Assembly (NCBI GenBank): GCA_016748015.1
Contig: JAAOMT010000372.1
Span: 186,001-250,000 of the forward strand
DNA from: Geosiphon pyriformis uo1
Taxonomy: Eukaryota; Fungi; Glomeromycota
Length of the DNA: 64,000 nt
Reading direction: 5' to 3'
Position numbers and translations under genes: made by a program. The notes below the pieces were generated by a model. That model was not told the DNA's origin. It made no database searches and saw only the letters and a list, made by a program, of their open reading frames with translations. How positions within the stretch are numbered: position 1 is the first letter of the stretch; every line of letters begins with the position of its first letter. Below are positions 13,017 through 27,200 of the stretch, piece by piece.

Positions 13017-16000
13017 TTATACTTGATTTTTGCTGATCAATTAAGTCAGTATTACCACAACAGGCAGCCAATCAGATCATTTTGAGTCATGTACCATAAA
13101 CAGGATGATCATTGAAGATTGTTCCAGATTAATCTTGAAGAATATAAGAACCATTGTTCAAAACTTTGTTGACTATAAAGGGTTCTTTCCATCAGCTAGA
13201 GAACTTATTACCATAAACATTGTCTCTGTCAGAATGGTATTCTAGTACCAAATCACCAACACTTAAAGAAAGTGTTTTATATGTTTTCTTTTTCTTAAGC
13301 TTTTCTTAAAACTGTTTTATCTTTTCAAAAACAATTATTTGTGCTTCTACCAAGGAGTCAAGAATAGTACCAAGTCTTTTTTGCAAAATGTTTTTGTAAT
13401 TTTCTATTGTGATCTCTTCAAAGGGTATTGTTTCAATGTCAGTTTCTATTGGTAGTGTTGCCATGCATCCATAGAGCAGATAAAAAGTTCATAACTTGTT
13501 ATGTCATGATTCACAGTTCTATAAGCAAACAAAGCTGAAGGCAGTACTTTGTCCCATAAGTTTGTTTTTTTACTGGTTTTGGCTAGGGTTTCACATAGTG
13601 TTTTATTAAAATGTTCTACTAGGCCATTTGTTTGGGGGTGATAAGGGGAGAAAAGTTTATGACATATTCCCATTTTTCTACAAAGTTCTTCAACCAGTGT
13701 ACTGAGAAAAGCTCTTCTTCTATCAGATAAAAGTTCTTTGGAGCAGCCATGATGGCAAATAATATCTTCATAAATGAAATTGGCTATTGAGATTGCTGTT
13801 TGTTCTGGGGTGACTCTTGCTTCTACCCACTTTGTAAGATAGTTGGTAGCTGTAATAATGTATCTGTTGCCATCAGAAGTTAATGTTAAATGTCCAACAA
13901 CATCTATACCAATTCTGTCAAATGGTTGACCAATAGAGATTGGATGGATATCTTCTTTGCGATTAGATTTGCCTCTTCTTTGGCAGATGTTACAGGTTTT
14001 AATGTATTCAGCAATGTCTTTTCTCAAGGTAGGCCAATAATAGCAAGCTAAAGTTTTCTGAATTGTCTTTGTTTTTCCAAAGTGTCCAGCTAATGGGTCA
14101 GTGGCATGTTGTATATTACAATTTCTCTTTCTTCAAATCTGATGACTCTTTGGGGATGGTCAGGATCTTTTCTGTTTCTTTTGTATAATTGGTTCTGGCA
14201 AATCAAATAGAAATTTGATTGTTTGTGCAAATGTTCTCTTTGCTGTCAAGTGTATTCTGGTGGGTATTGTTCTTTACCCAAAAATTCCATTAAGGCAGAA
14301 TAGTTGTTCAAGTTCATTATTGTGTTTATTTGTGAAGAAGTTACTAATAATTAAGTTGGTTTGGTTTGAGAGATTGTACTGTTACTGGATGGTAAGTCTA
14401 GAGAGAGCATCTGTGTTTTGATGATTTGCTCCTTTGTAGTGTTGAATATCATAGTCAAATTCATCCAAGTGGAGTATCCAGTGAGTTATTTGTTTGTGTT
14501 CTAGCTTCTTTTTATTGTGCAGCCAAACCAAAGCTTGATGATCTGTTACCACTAAGAATTTTGCACCAAGAAGATATTGATCCCAGTAGCTAGTAGCCTA
14601 AACTACTGCTAAGCATTTCTGTTCTGTAACTGAATAGTTCTTTTCTACTGGTGTGAGGGATTTACTGGCATATGCTATGGCATGTTCTCTGCCATTTTCA
14701 TCTTTTTGTAAAAGGACAGCACCAAGTCCATAGCCAGATGCATTAGTGTGGAGGATGAAAGGTTGATCCAAATCTGGTTGCTTAAGAATTGGTTCAGTAA
14801 CAAGTTTTTCCTTTAGAATTTCGAAAGCTTTTTGTTGATGAGTGCCCCAGTGATAATTGACCTTTTTCCTGAGTAGCTGATTAAAAAAAAAGGCAATTTT
14901 GCGATAGTAAGAGGCCAAACCAAGGAAAGAGTCTAGTTCAGAAACATTTATTGGTTGTCTAATGTTCTGAACTTTTTCAACTTTAGCTGGATCAGAGAAG
15001 ATTCCATTTTTTGTAATAAGATAACCAAAGAACTAGGTGGATTGGCATCCAAAAAAAGATTTGATTGGGTTGATCTTAAGGCCAGCATTTCTAAGTAGGT
15101 CAAAAACCTTCTGTAAATGTTCAAGGTGTTCATCCCAGGTTTTTGAGTAGACCATTATGTCATCCAAGTAAACCAGAACAAAGTTTTCTTTTACTGATTC
15201 AAACACTTTATCCATTAGGTGTTGAAAGGTGGGAGGAGTATTGGTAAGACCAAAAGCATGACTGTGAATTCATAGGTGCCATACTTGGTGATGAAGACAG
15301 TTTTCTTTCTGCTTTCTGGATCCATCTCTACTTGCCAGAATCCTGCAGTTAAGTCAATAGTTAAGAAGAAAGCAGCACCATTGAATTTATCTAGCATTGC
15401 ATCAATCTTGGGAAATGGGTACATGTCTCTTATAGTGATGATATTTAATTGGTGATAGTCAACACAAAAGCATAGGGTTCCATCTTTCTTGGATACCACT
15501 ACAACTGGGAAAGCCCATTCACTCTTGGTTTCTTGTATGAATCCAAGATCTTTCATCCAGTTTATCTCTTTCTTGATGAACTTATCATTGCATCTATTGG
15601 ATTGATAAGGCTTCAAATGGATGGGACGAGTTTCTTTTGTGGTGATGGTGTGTTGTATTACATGAGTTCATCAATGTCCACTTTTCTTTCTTCAGGTGAA
15701 GGTTCTCTTTGTTCTACAACTAATGATTGGATTTCAGATGGTTCATTCTCAAAAGACTTTTGTACTTCTTTAAGTTCTTCTTGAGGTATCAAGCTAATTG
15801 GTTCCCAATCTTTGTAATAGATTAGGCAGAATTTGCATTCATTACTTGGCAAATACAAAGGTTTATTACACCAGTACCGTGTACAAGGGCCATGCTACCA
15901 ATAACTGTATTTGGCTTTCTTGCCAGGTTTTCTGTCAAAGGTTCTTCTGAGGATATCATAGTAGGGCCAGCAGATCAGCTTGCCATTTACCATGATTTCT

Positions 16001-16951
16001 TTTTTGTCAGCTTTAACATTGTCCAGTGGCTTGACATTGCTGGTAAAGATGGTATAGGCAAGTTCAGCAGTTTCTTCTTGTTCTTCTTGTTCTTCATCAT
16101 CGCTCTTATCATCATCTGATTCATCTGATTGTTCTTTTTCTTGGTTCTGTGTTGTTGCTGGAGAAGTTGTACAATGACGGCATTTAACCACAATGAGCTT
16201 TTCACTACATTTGATGGTTAACTTGCAAAGTTCATAGTCAAGTAATGCTTTTGCTTTCTTAAGCCACTTATTATCAACAATGATGGTATACTTTTTTGCT
16301 TCAGATACTTCCATATCTGTTTTAATGCTAATACCATTGATGTGAACAAGAACAGCTTTGGCTATACCCAGATCTTTCTTTTTGTCACCATGTACATTGG
16401 TCATAGGCCGGGTAGAAAGTTCATCAATTTTTCTTCCAATGGCTTCCAGAAAGTGTTTGGCAATAACACTAACAAATCAATAAAGTAACCAGCCACTTGG
16501 GCTTTGCAAATCAGAGGAGTGACATTACTGTTGTCAGCAAGTCCAGCTTGATGAAAGTGCTTGTTGGTTTTTGGTGTCTTTTTCTTTGGTATTAATGATT
16601 TGTGAAGGTCATTAACTGGCCAAAGGTAATGTGAGCAGGAGTTTCCATGAGATCTTTGACAACAGAATATGGTCCAGATTTTTGTACAATTTCTGGGGGT
16701 TCCAACTTTGGAGGATTTTTAAAAACTTTAGGTTTTGGTAGCTCATTGTTATCAGCAGTTGATGTGGAGGCTTTCTTTGGATCTATAATGAAATCAACCT
16801 TGGCTTTCTTCTTCTTTCTTGTTGGTTTAGAAGTGTTAATTGCTAGTTCATTCATCTTATGGTCATCATTAGTTAGGTTAAAAGCATAAAAAGGGTTTTC
16901 TTCTGGTTGGCTTGCACTCTCACCCTTTGGAGGTGCACCTACCAGTTTAAA
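13017..16951 (-). pseudogene. pol: Gypsy-A2 pol (protease DSG deleted near 16475; RT VYLDD; integrase core 13446-14027)
   Basis: Fragmented ORFs with RT, RNase H and integrase motifs. Confidence 0.92.
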
Positions 16952-19124
16952 GACTGATAAACAGTGGCTTTCACTAGGGGATCCTCTCCAAAGAAATTGA
17001 TGTTGGCATAATTGGTTCTTTGATTGGGAACATTATTATTGTTGGGTCTGTTATTCTGGGTGTCATTATTTCTAGGAGCTGGAGGAGGCAGGGGAAGATT
17101 GTTACAATCTCTGGAGAAATGTCCAGTTAATCCACAGTGGTAACACACAAGTGGGCCACGATTTTGTTGTCTTTGATATGGGGGTTGCTAGGATTGATTA
17201 AAACGGGGTTCAAATCTGGGTCTTTGGGGTTGTTGATTCTCTCTGACAGCTTGAGCTAAGGGTTCCAATAACTGGGCAAGATTAGCTGTGAGTCTATCTA
17301 TTAACTGTTCATTTGGATCTTGAGTTTGGGCAGCAAAAGAGGCAGCAGCAAAAACTGGAAGTGTGAATTTCAAATGCATCCTTTGGTTATCTTCAATTCT
17401 TTGTGCCAGTTCAATAGCCATGTCCATTGTTGAGTTGTTTTTTAAAGCCAAGAGAGGCCAAAGAGCATACAATAGATCAGTTCTTAATCCTTTTGTGAAG
17501 AAATGGATCTTTTGCTTTTCTGTCCAGTTTCTGTCAGAGTCTACATGTTTGATTAGCTTTCTGATAGCTTTGGCATATTCAGTTACTACTTCTCCAAGGC
17601 CTTGGATTCTTTTTTCCAATTCTATGTGCCATTTGGATATTAATATTGGGTTCTGAACTTGGTCTCAAACTGGGTAGTAAAAGAGGTATTTTCTTCTCCA
17701 GCATTGGTTGGTGTCCATCTGATTATTTGGTGTTGGGCATTGGCATCTGTTTCTTGTGAGAACCAGGTAGCAGGAGAATCTTGGAGATAGCCACCAACGA
17801 TTTGGAACTTGTGTTCTTTATCATACTGATTGGCAGTAGCAGCTCTTTTAAAATTATCCAACCATTTAATTGGATCTTGTGTATTACCTCTAAATAGTAG
17901 TAGTGGGGTATTGTTTCTTCTTCCTAGAGCAGTTTGTATACCTTGGAGGGTGGCCAGAATGTTTGCTTGCATAGGGTCATTAGCCATTGGTCCAGGTGTA
18001 ACTGTTTGTATGGAGTGTTCTGATTCACTTGAAAAGAGATCAAAAACAGGGGCAGTTTGGTAACTTTTTTCTTCTGTTTCAAAGGGAGTTTCAGTTGCTT
18101 GATGGGCAGCAATCCAAATGTGGATTTGATGATTCATATATTCGGAATCAGGGGGTTGTTGTTCAAAGGTTGTGGAGTATAAAAGTTGATTGATGCTGTT
18201 GTTTCTTTCTTCAAAGTTGTCTTCAAAATAAGCTTGATCAAAGTAATGTTACAGTTGAAACTTATACTTCTTATTAATTATCACATGTATTAGCCACTGA
18301 TGTCATATAAATTAGCCATTCTATTTTTAGTAAGTGATCATTGACCTAGTTATTGACCTGATCATTGACCACTTTTAATAGCTATATAAGCGATGAATCT
18401 TTTAAACTGTAAAAAAGCATGAAGAAATAAAGAAATCAAGGAAATAAAATAAATAAAATAACAACTTTCATCTCAATCTCTCTCTTATTGCTAATTTTCC
18501 TTTCCCTACTTTCAAGTATCTGAACATTTTAAAGATAAAAGATTACTTGTTGGTTATTTCTTATCCTTTTCCTGAAATGTGAAATTGCAGCATTTGAAGA
18601 TTATTGAATAAAATGTGACTGAAGAGTACATCTGATACCTGATATTGAATTTTAAGAGCACTGACATGAGGCATAGAATTGTACCAGGCATGATCATTTT
18701 GTTGACAGTACGGACTATCTCTCTACCTTCAGATTCCCTGGTTATTCTTGAAAAGTATAGTGACTGAGATATTTTATGAGACTGATCTTACACATTAAAT
18801 CCATACTTATTCAATTCGCTTTTTGAAGTTAAATTTCCTTTGATTCTTTTCATCACCCTTTAATCCTGTTCTTCCTTGCTATCTGTTAGCTTGTTACTCC
18901 AACCTGTAACAGTAATAAGTTGTATAGGCTGTGTAGGTTTCAGCTGAATGCTTGTTCAAGAACCAGTTCCAAAAATCTTGGAATTGTCTACTGGATTGAT
19001 CTTCAATGGGGAAGCAAATCAAGCAGAAGGGCAAAGGATTGAGTTTAATAAAGTCTAGATTATTTTTGTTGTGTGCTTCAAAGTGTTCTTTTGATTGTTG
19101 TGGCAGGTATAAATAATCACTCAT
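16939..19124 (-). pseudogene. gag: Gypsy-A2 gag, interrupted by a solo LTR
   Basis: ORFs 18894-19124, 17640-18137, 17188-17619 and 16939-17148 (CCHC). Confidence 0.9.
18247..18911 (+). repeat. Solo LTR of family A inserted antisense in the gag of Gypsy-A2
   Basis: TGTTAC..GTAACA ends with 4-bp TSD GTAA (18243-18246 / 18912-18915). Confidence 0.95.
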
Positions 19125-20920
19125 ACAATAGGAAACAGAGTGGATTTTGACAACTTCACAGAGAGCACCACTTTTATGTTATGGGTTGAAGTAACAAGCT
19201 AATGGATAGCAAGAGAAAACAGAATTGTAGGGTGATGGAATTAATCAAAGGGAATTCAACTTCAAAGAGCAAATTGAATAAGTATGGATTCAATGTGCAA
19301 GATCAGTCTTATAAAATATCTCAGTCACTATACTTTTCAAAAGATAACTGAGGAATCTGAAGGTAGAGAGATAGTCTATACTATTAACAAATGATCACAC
19401 TTGGTATAATTCTATGTCCCATGTTGGCACTCTTAGAATTCAATATCAAGTATTAGATGTACTTTTTAGTCATGTTTTATTCAATAATTTTTAAATGCTG
19501 CAATTACACATTTCAGGAAAAGAGTAAGAAATAACCAACAAGTAATCTTTTATCCTAAGATGTTCAGATACTTGAAAGTAGGGAAAGAAAAATTAGCAAT
19601 AAGAGAATGATTGAGAGAAAAGTTGTTATTTTATTTATTTTTGATTATTTTGAACATGCTTTTTTTCAGCTAAGAGATTCATCACTTATATAGTTGTCAA
19701 AAGTGGTCAATGATCAGGTCAATGATCACTATCTAAAAATAGAGTGGCTAATTTATATGACCACAGTGGCTAATACATGTGATAATTAATAAGAAGTATA
19801 AGTTTCAACCATAACAACATCATTATCTTTATTATTATTGTCATCCATGTCTTTATCATTAGATATGTCAAAGTGGACCTTTCCACTCCTCAACTTGATG
19901 GCCCCCACTTTCTTTTGCAGCACAGAAGTCACAGCACAAACAGCATTAATTTGGCTTCTCAATCCAACCACATTTTCCTTCATTGCCTTTGCCATAATAG
20001 GTGAAGTAGACAATAATTTAGTAACCAACACAACCAAAGAACCCACAGGTTCAACTATAGATTTGATCAACAAAGACAGTTCACTAAGTTGGGTTTCCAG
20101 AGAAGCCAACCTAGCATTAACAGCAACATCTGAACCAGAAGAGACAACAGGCAACAGAAGCACAACACCTTTGGAGGGAGCACCAAAAACCAGATCCATA
20201 TCAGCAGCAGCAGCAACAGGAGGAACCACAGAGGTGGCAGCTTTGGCATAGGATTTAGCTCCAACAAAAAATGACTTGAAGATATTGGAACCACCAGCAA
20301 AATTGGAAGAGAGTTTGGGGGGAGAGGTGGCAACACCTTGCAATCCACAGCCAAATAATCTAAACTTTGACATCTGTAGCAGTGACAACATCCAGAAGTT
20401 TTCCACCAGATGCGGCAGCCACATAAAGTACCAGTTTTTGAAACAGCAGCATTTAAAGATTCCAAGGAATCAAAAGTCACTACAGCAAAGCATTGACATC
20501 AATAGGAATCAGAGGAGCAGGGAATAAAACATGTACAGCCACCAACTTGAGATACCAGAAGATTGACCAGCTTAGCTTTGAAAGCATCTCTTGAGGAGAT
20601 AACCTCCTTTTGGTTGGCAATGGGAAAAATTCTAACACTGTCTTTCCTTACCAAAACAGACCAGTGTAAGAGAACAGTAGCAGCAGAAGAAGTGTCCTTA
20701 AAATTAACCACAGCATATTGCAGGCTTTAACTTAACAGATGTGACAACACCAAAAATGCTAAGAGCAGTTTTGATGTCATCAGAAGAGGTATCTAAAGGT
20801 ACATCATGCAGTACAACTGACAGAGAAGGAGAAGAAACAGAGGCCACACCAGAAGATTGTGCAATCTTAAGAGTGGTCAAAAAAACCTCATCACCAATGG
20901 CCACTTTGGTGGTACCAGTT

Positions 20921-21281
20921 TTTTTTTTTTTTTTTTTTTTGTTAACATGTAGCCACGCTGGTCATTTATTAGTTATTCCACAGTAATATGGCAGTTTCAT
21001 AAAGCCAGCTCACCCAATAATACATATTACAAGATGTGGCTAACCACAAGCAGAAAGCCTTAACTATACACTAGTACTACCTTTGCTACTTAATGTATTA
21101 AACATATCTAATTCATACATCTTACCCATAATGCATACAAGTTCATGACTACTCTTAACAAGACTGCTCATCTACTTAGCCGTCTGATCTGGATTGGACT
21201 TGATATTAGAGGATTGAACCTCTCATAACTCCATCATTGCATCAAATATATCATCATAGACTGAAAAATCTTTAACATCAC

Positions 21282-21314
<33 letters not shown>

Positions 21315-23343
21315 TGTCTTTATCATCAGATATGTTATAGTGAGGGCCCCCACTTCCTTTTGCAGCACAGAAGCCACAGCATGAACAGCCTTAATTTGGT
21401 TTCCCAATCCAACCACATTTTCCTTCATTGCCTTTGCCATAATAGGTGGAGTAGACAATAATTTAGTAATCAACACAACCAAAGAACCCACAGGTTCAAC
21501 TATAGATTTGATCAACAAAGACAGTTCACTAAGTTGGGTTTCCAGAGAAGCCAACTTAGCATTAACAGCAACATCTGAACCAGAGGAGGCAACCGGCAAT
21601 AGCAGCACCACAACTTTGGGGGAGGTACTGAAAGCCAGATCCGTATCAGCAGCAGCAGCAACAGAAGGAACCACAGAGGTGGCAGTTTTGGCATAAGATT
21701 TAGCTCCAATGAGGGATGACTTGAAAATGATAGGACCACCAGCAGAATTAGAAGAGAGTTTAGGAGGAAGAGATGGCAACACCTTGCAGTCCACAGCCAA
21801 ATAATCTAAACTTTGACATCTATAGCAGCAATGACATCCAGAAGTTTCCCACCAGATGCAGCAGCCACATAAGGTACTGGTTTTTGAAACAGCAGCATTC
21901 AAAGATTCCAAGGAACCAAAGGTCACCACTGCAAAGCATTGACATTGATAGGAATCAGGGGAGTGGGGAATGAAACATGTATGGCCACTAACTTGGAAGA
22001 CCAGATTACTTATCTCAAATGCAGTGCAGCCAAATGGAAGATTAACCAGCTTAGCTTTGAAAGCATCTCTTGAGGTGATAACCTCCTTTTGGTTGGCAAT
22101 GGAAAGAATCCTAACACTATCTTTTCTGACCAACACAGACCAGTTAGAGAGAGCAGCAGCAGCAGAAGAAGTGTCCTTAAAGTTAACCACAGCATATTGC
22201 TATAAGCCAGCAGGCTTCAACTTAACAGAAGTGACAACACCAAAAATGCCAAGAGCAGATTTGATGTCATCAGAAGAGGCACCCAAGGGTACATCACGCA
22301 GTGCAACTGATAAAGAAGGGGAAGAAACAGAGGCCACTTCTGAAGACTGTGCAATCTTAAGAGTGGTCAAAAAAACCTCATCACCAATGGCCACTTTAGT
22401 AGCACCATTTAGACACTTCTGAGATGCAAATTCCACACAGAACAACTTGACAGCATCTCATGAAACAGATTTAAGCCCAATACAACTAGACAGTAACTGA
22501 AACAAAGAACTGAACAAAGCCATCTTAATCTTAAATATAGCACCAGGTACAAGATTGGAGGCCACCCAACCAGAGAACCTTTGACGTCCATTCACATTCA
22601 CCCAAGCACTAGCATCAGATGCACCAGAAACTGGGGGGGGAACAGTTGATTCCATTTCCATCTGATCAGCCCAATCTTTGAGATCATCTGGATTGATGGA
22701 CTGTTTTGCTACTGGGATTGGCAATGATCTACTGGAGAGTACCACATCAGGCAACACAGCCAGTGGTTGATCTTGGCTCATCTTGGGAGATGTGCTGCTG
22801 TTGTTGTCATCCATATCAGGAATAGGGCTGGCTGTTGCTGTGGAGATCTTACTGAAGATCTCATCTGGAACTACAAAGGGGTTCAGTGTGACCATAGCAG
22901 TTGTGACTGCCTGCTGCTGTTTTTTTGGATTTTTCGCTTTTGCGGCCATTTGTGAAGCAGTAGTAGTAGAAGTAGTAATGAGAGTGGTGAGAACAGGAAA
23001 GACCAACATGTTGACTGGTCTGTTATTAAAAATCTTTGGGCTCTTTGAAGTGGTAGAGACAACACTAGGACTAACCCAAGTGTGTCTTTTTGAAGGGACT
23101 TTGACTGGAGAAGAACTTCCAGCCAAAGAAGAAGAAAATGAACCAGAAGCTGCTAAAGGCAGCTTATTACTATTATTTTTTAAAGGAAATGTTGCCAGAA
23201 TGTTTTGTCTAGCTGCTTCAATAACAGAGAGACCCTCTCGTGTTGAAACTTTATTAGTTACTATAAGAAAAGTAATGTTTACAACTTTTTTACTCTTAGC
23301 TCTATTTGTGGTCATGAAATTTAGGAGAGAAAGAGTTTTTTAC
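20921..23343 (-). mobile_element. HAL-like element H2, full length (~2.4 kb), inserted in H1
   Basis: PolyA (T run 20921-20940); 14-bp TSD TGGTGGTACCAGTT (20907-20920 / 23344-23357). Confidence 0.95.
21064..23315 (-). pseudogene. H2 single ORF: ~750-aa LINE ORF1-like protein (S/T-rich N-terminus, RRMs, CCHC, coiled coil, acidic tract)
   Basis: ORFs 22458-23315, 22200-22445 and 21234-22190 lie in one frame broken by stops; ends GSKGSTSV*. Confidence 0.85.
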
Positions 23344-24293
23344 TGGTGGTACCAGTTAGACTCTCCTGAGATACAAATTCCATACAGAACAACTTAACAG
23401 CATCTCATGAAACTGATTTAAGCCCAATACAACCAGGCAGCAGCTGAAACAAGGAACTAAGAAAGGCCATCTTGATCTTGAATGTGACACCAGACACAAG
23501 AATGAAGGCCACCCATCCAGAGAACCTTTGTTGACCATTCACATTTATCCAAGCATTACTATCAGCAACACCAGAAACTGGGAGAGGAGTAGATGATTCC
23601 ATTTCCATCTGATCAGCCCAATCTTTGAGATCATCTGAAATGATGGACTGTTTTGCTTCCATGGCAGGAGATAATCTACTGGAGATTACCACATCAGACA
23701 ACACAGCCAGTGGTTGATCTTGCTTCATATTAGGAGTTAAGCCATTGCTATTGCCATCCATATTAGGAAGAGAGCTGGCTGCTGCTGTGGAGATCTTACC
23801 CAAGATCTTATCTGGAACCACAAAAGGGTTTGGTGTGACCCTAGCAGTTGTGACTGCTTGCTGTTGTTTTTTGGAATTTTTTACTTTTGCAGCCATTTGT
23901 GAAGCAGAGGTAGTAGTAGTAGTAGTAGTAGGAGTGATAAGAGCAGAAAAAACCAACTTGTTAACTGGTCTGTTATTAAAAATCTTTGGGCTTTTTGAGG
24001 TAGTAGAGACAATACTGGGACTGACCCGAGTGTGCCTTTTTGAAGAAACTTTGACTGGAGAAGAATTACCAGCCAAAGGTGAAGAAAAAGAACCAGAAGC
24101 CACTAAAGACAGCTTTTCACTAATGTTTTTTAAAAGAAATGTAGCCAAAACATTTTGTTTAGCTGCTTTAATAACAGAAAGACTTTCTTGTGTTGAAACT
24201 TTATTAGTTACTATAGGAAAAGTACTGTTTGCAACTTTTTTATTCTTAGCTCTAGTTGTGGTCATGAAATTTAGAAGAGAAAAAATTTTTTTG

Positions 24294-27200
24294 TAATACT
24301 ACCTTTTGCTAGTACTATCTTTGCTACCTATAGATTCAAACATATCTAATTCATACATTTTACTCTTATTTTTTTATTTTTTTTTGTTAACATGTAGTCA
24401 CACTGGTCTTTTATTAGTTTAATCATACTCAAAAAGCATGACTTTTTCACAAAACCAGCTCACCCAATAATACAAAATCACAAGATGTGGCTAACCACAA
24501 GCAAAAAGCCTTAACTACACACTAGTACTATTTTTACTACCTAATGTATCAAACATATCTAATTCATACATCTTACCCATAATGCTAACAAGCTCATGAC
24601 TATTTTTGACCATACTACTCATCCACTTAGCAGTCTAATCAGGACTGGATTTGATTTTGGAAGGCTGATCTTCCCATAGGTGCATCATAACATCAAAGGT
24701 ATTATCATAAACTGAAAAGTCTTTATCATCATCATTATCATCATTATCAACATCATCAACCATGTCATCAACATCTGATTCATCTTCCAGACAGACCCAT
24801 TCACATATTTTCTCAAGACATGTTATTCTTTTCTGCATCACAGTGGCAACAGCACCCAAGCCTTTATTTTGCTTAGCCAACCCATCCACACATTCCTTAA
24901 CTGATGCATTTATAGCAAGAGAAGTAAACAGCAATTTGGTAACCAATGCAACCAGTGCACCAACAGGTTCAACCAAGGATTTTATCAGCAAAGACAGTTT
25001 ACCAAGATGGGATTCCAGAGAAGCCAACCTAGCTTCAATGGCAATATTAAAAGCAGAGGGAGCAGCAGGCAATCTGAGTGTTGTAGTTGGGGGAGAGACC
25101 ACCGAGATCCAAGTTTGCAGCAGCAGCAACAGGAGGAACCACAATGGCAGCAGCTTTGGCATAAGATTTGGATTCAGCAAATGAAGATTTGGATCCAGCA
25201 AATGAAGATTTGAAAACTTTGGAGCCACCAGAGAAGTTGGAAGAGACTTTGGGAAGAGGAGGTGGTGACACCTTGCACTCTAAAGCCAAATGATCCAAAC
25301 CTTGACATCTATAGCAATGGTGACATCTAGGAGTTTCCCACCAAATGCGGCAGCCACATAAGATACCAGTTTTTGAAACAGCAATTTTCAAAGATTCCAA
25401 GAAATCAAAGGTAACCACAGCAAAACATTGACGTTGGAGAGCAAGGAATGAAACAGGTACAGCCACCAACTTGAGAGACCAATTTACTAATCTCAAAGGC
25501 AGTACAGCCAAAGGGAAGATTAATTAACTTGGCTTTAAAAGCATCTTTTGAAGAAATAACATCATTCTGGTTAACTAAAAGTAGAATTCTAATACTGTAC
25601 TTTTTTACCAGCACAGACCAGTGAATAAGAGCAGCAGCAGCAGAAAAAGTGTCTGAAATAAACCACAGCATATTGCCATAAGCCAGCAGACTTCAACTTA
25701 ACAGAAGTAACAACACCAAAAATGCTAAGAGCAGATTTGATGTCAATAAAAAAGGTACCCAAAGGTACATTATGAAGTGCAACTGACAAAGGGGGGGAAG
25801 AAACAAAGGCCACACCAGAAAACTGTGCAATCTTAAGAGTGGTTAAAAAACCTCATTACCAATGGCCACTTTGGTGACACCAGTCAAACTCTCCTGAGAT
25901 GCAAATTCCACACAGAACAACTTGACAGCATCTTATGCAACTGACTTAAGCCCAATGCAACCAGGCATAAGCTGAAACAAGGAACTAAGAAGGGCTATCT
26001 TGATCTTAAATGTAGTACCAGGCACAAGAGTAGAAGCCACCCACCCAGAAAATCTTTGTCAACCACTCACGTTCATCCAAGTACTTCCATTAGCAACACC
26101 AGAAACTGGAAGAGGAGTAAATGATTCCATTTCCATCTAATCTTTGAGATTATCTGAAATGATGGACTGTTTTGCTTTCATGGCAGGAGAAAATCTGCCA
26201 GAGATTACCACATCAGGCAACACAGCCAATGGTTGATCTTGTTTCATATTAGGAGATGAGCTGTTGCTATTGCCATCCATATCAGGAAGAGGGCTGGCTG
26301 CTACTGTGGAGATCTTACCCAAGATCTCATCTGGAACCACAAAGGAGTTTAGTGTGACCATAGCAGTTGTGACTGCCTGCTGCTGTTTTTTGGAATTTTT
26401 TGCTTTTGTGGCCATTTGTGAAGCAGTAGTAGTAGAAGTAGTAGTGGGAGTGGTAAGAGCAGGAAAGACCAACTTATTGACTGGTCTGTTATTAAAAATC
26501 TTTGGGCTTTTTGAGGTAGTAGAGACAATACTGGGACTGACCCAAGTGTGTCTTTTTAAAGGAACTTTGACTGGAGAAGAATTACCAGCCAAAGGTGAAA
26601 AAAATAAACCAGAAGCCACTAAAGACAGCTTTTCACTAATGTTTTTTAAAGGAAATGTAGCCAAAACGTTTTGTCTAGCTGCTTCAATAACAGAGAGACC
26701 CTCTCATGTTGAAACTTTATTAGTTACTATAGGAAAAGTAATGTTTGAAACTTTTTTACTTCTAGCTCTAATCGTGGTCATGAAATTTAGGAGAGAAAGT
26801 TTTTTTTTTACATTTTATCCATAATGCTAACAAGCTCATGACTATTCTTAATCATACCACTCATCTACTTAACAGTCTGATCAGGACTGGATTTGATTTT
26901 GGAAGGCTGATTTTCTCATAGGTACATCATAACATCAAAGGTGTTATCATAAACAGAAAAGTCTTTATCATTAATATTATCAACCATGTTATCAATATCT
27001 GATCTATCCTCCAAGCAGGCCTGTTCACATATTTTCTCAAGGCATGTTATTCTTTTCTGCATCATGGTGGCAACAGCAGCCAAGCTTTTATTTTGCTTAG
27101 CCAACCCATTTACACATTCCTTAACTGACACATCCACAGCAGATGGAGTAGACAGCAATTTGGTAATCAATGCAATCAGAGCACTGACAGGTTCAACTAA

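Larger units (their letters stand above)
12181..19816 (-). mobile_element. Gypsy-A copy 2 (3' LTR remnant 12181-12349, 5' LTR 19177-19816), inserted in HAL-like H1
   Basis: Reverse-complement homology to copy 1 throughout; PBS 19153-19170; the 3' LTR is cut by a polyA tail. Confidence 0.95.
19817..24293 (-). mobile_element. HAL-like ORF1-only retroposon H1 (pieces 19817-20920 and 23358-24293; ATG 24265; 3' end cut off by Gypsy-A2)
   Basis: MTTTRAKNKK.. ORF with RRM/CCHC; continuous once H2 is removed. Confidence 0.9.

Noticed and set aside
21970-23397. Long antisense ORFs repeated in HAL-like copies (e.g. MKHVWP.. 150 aa; MGDVLL.. 204 aa)
   Set aside because: They are codon-phase shadows of the T-ending-codon sense ORF, have no recognisable domain, and recur only because the element is repeated.
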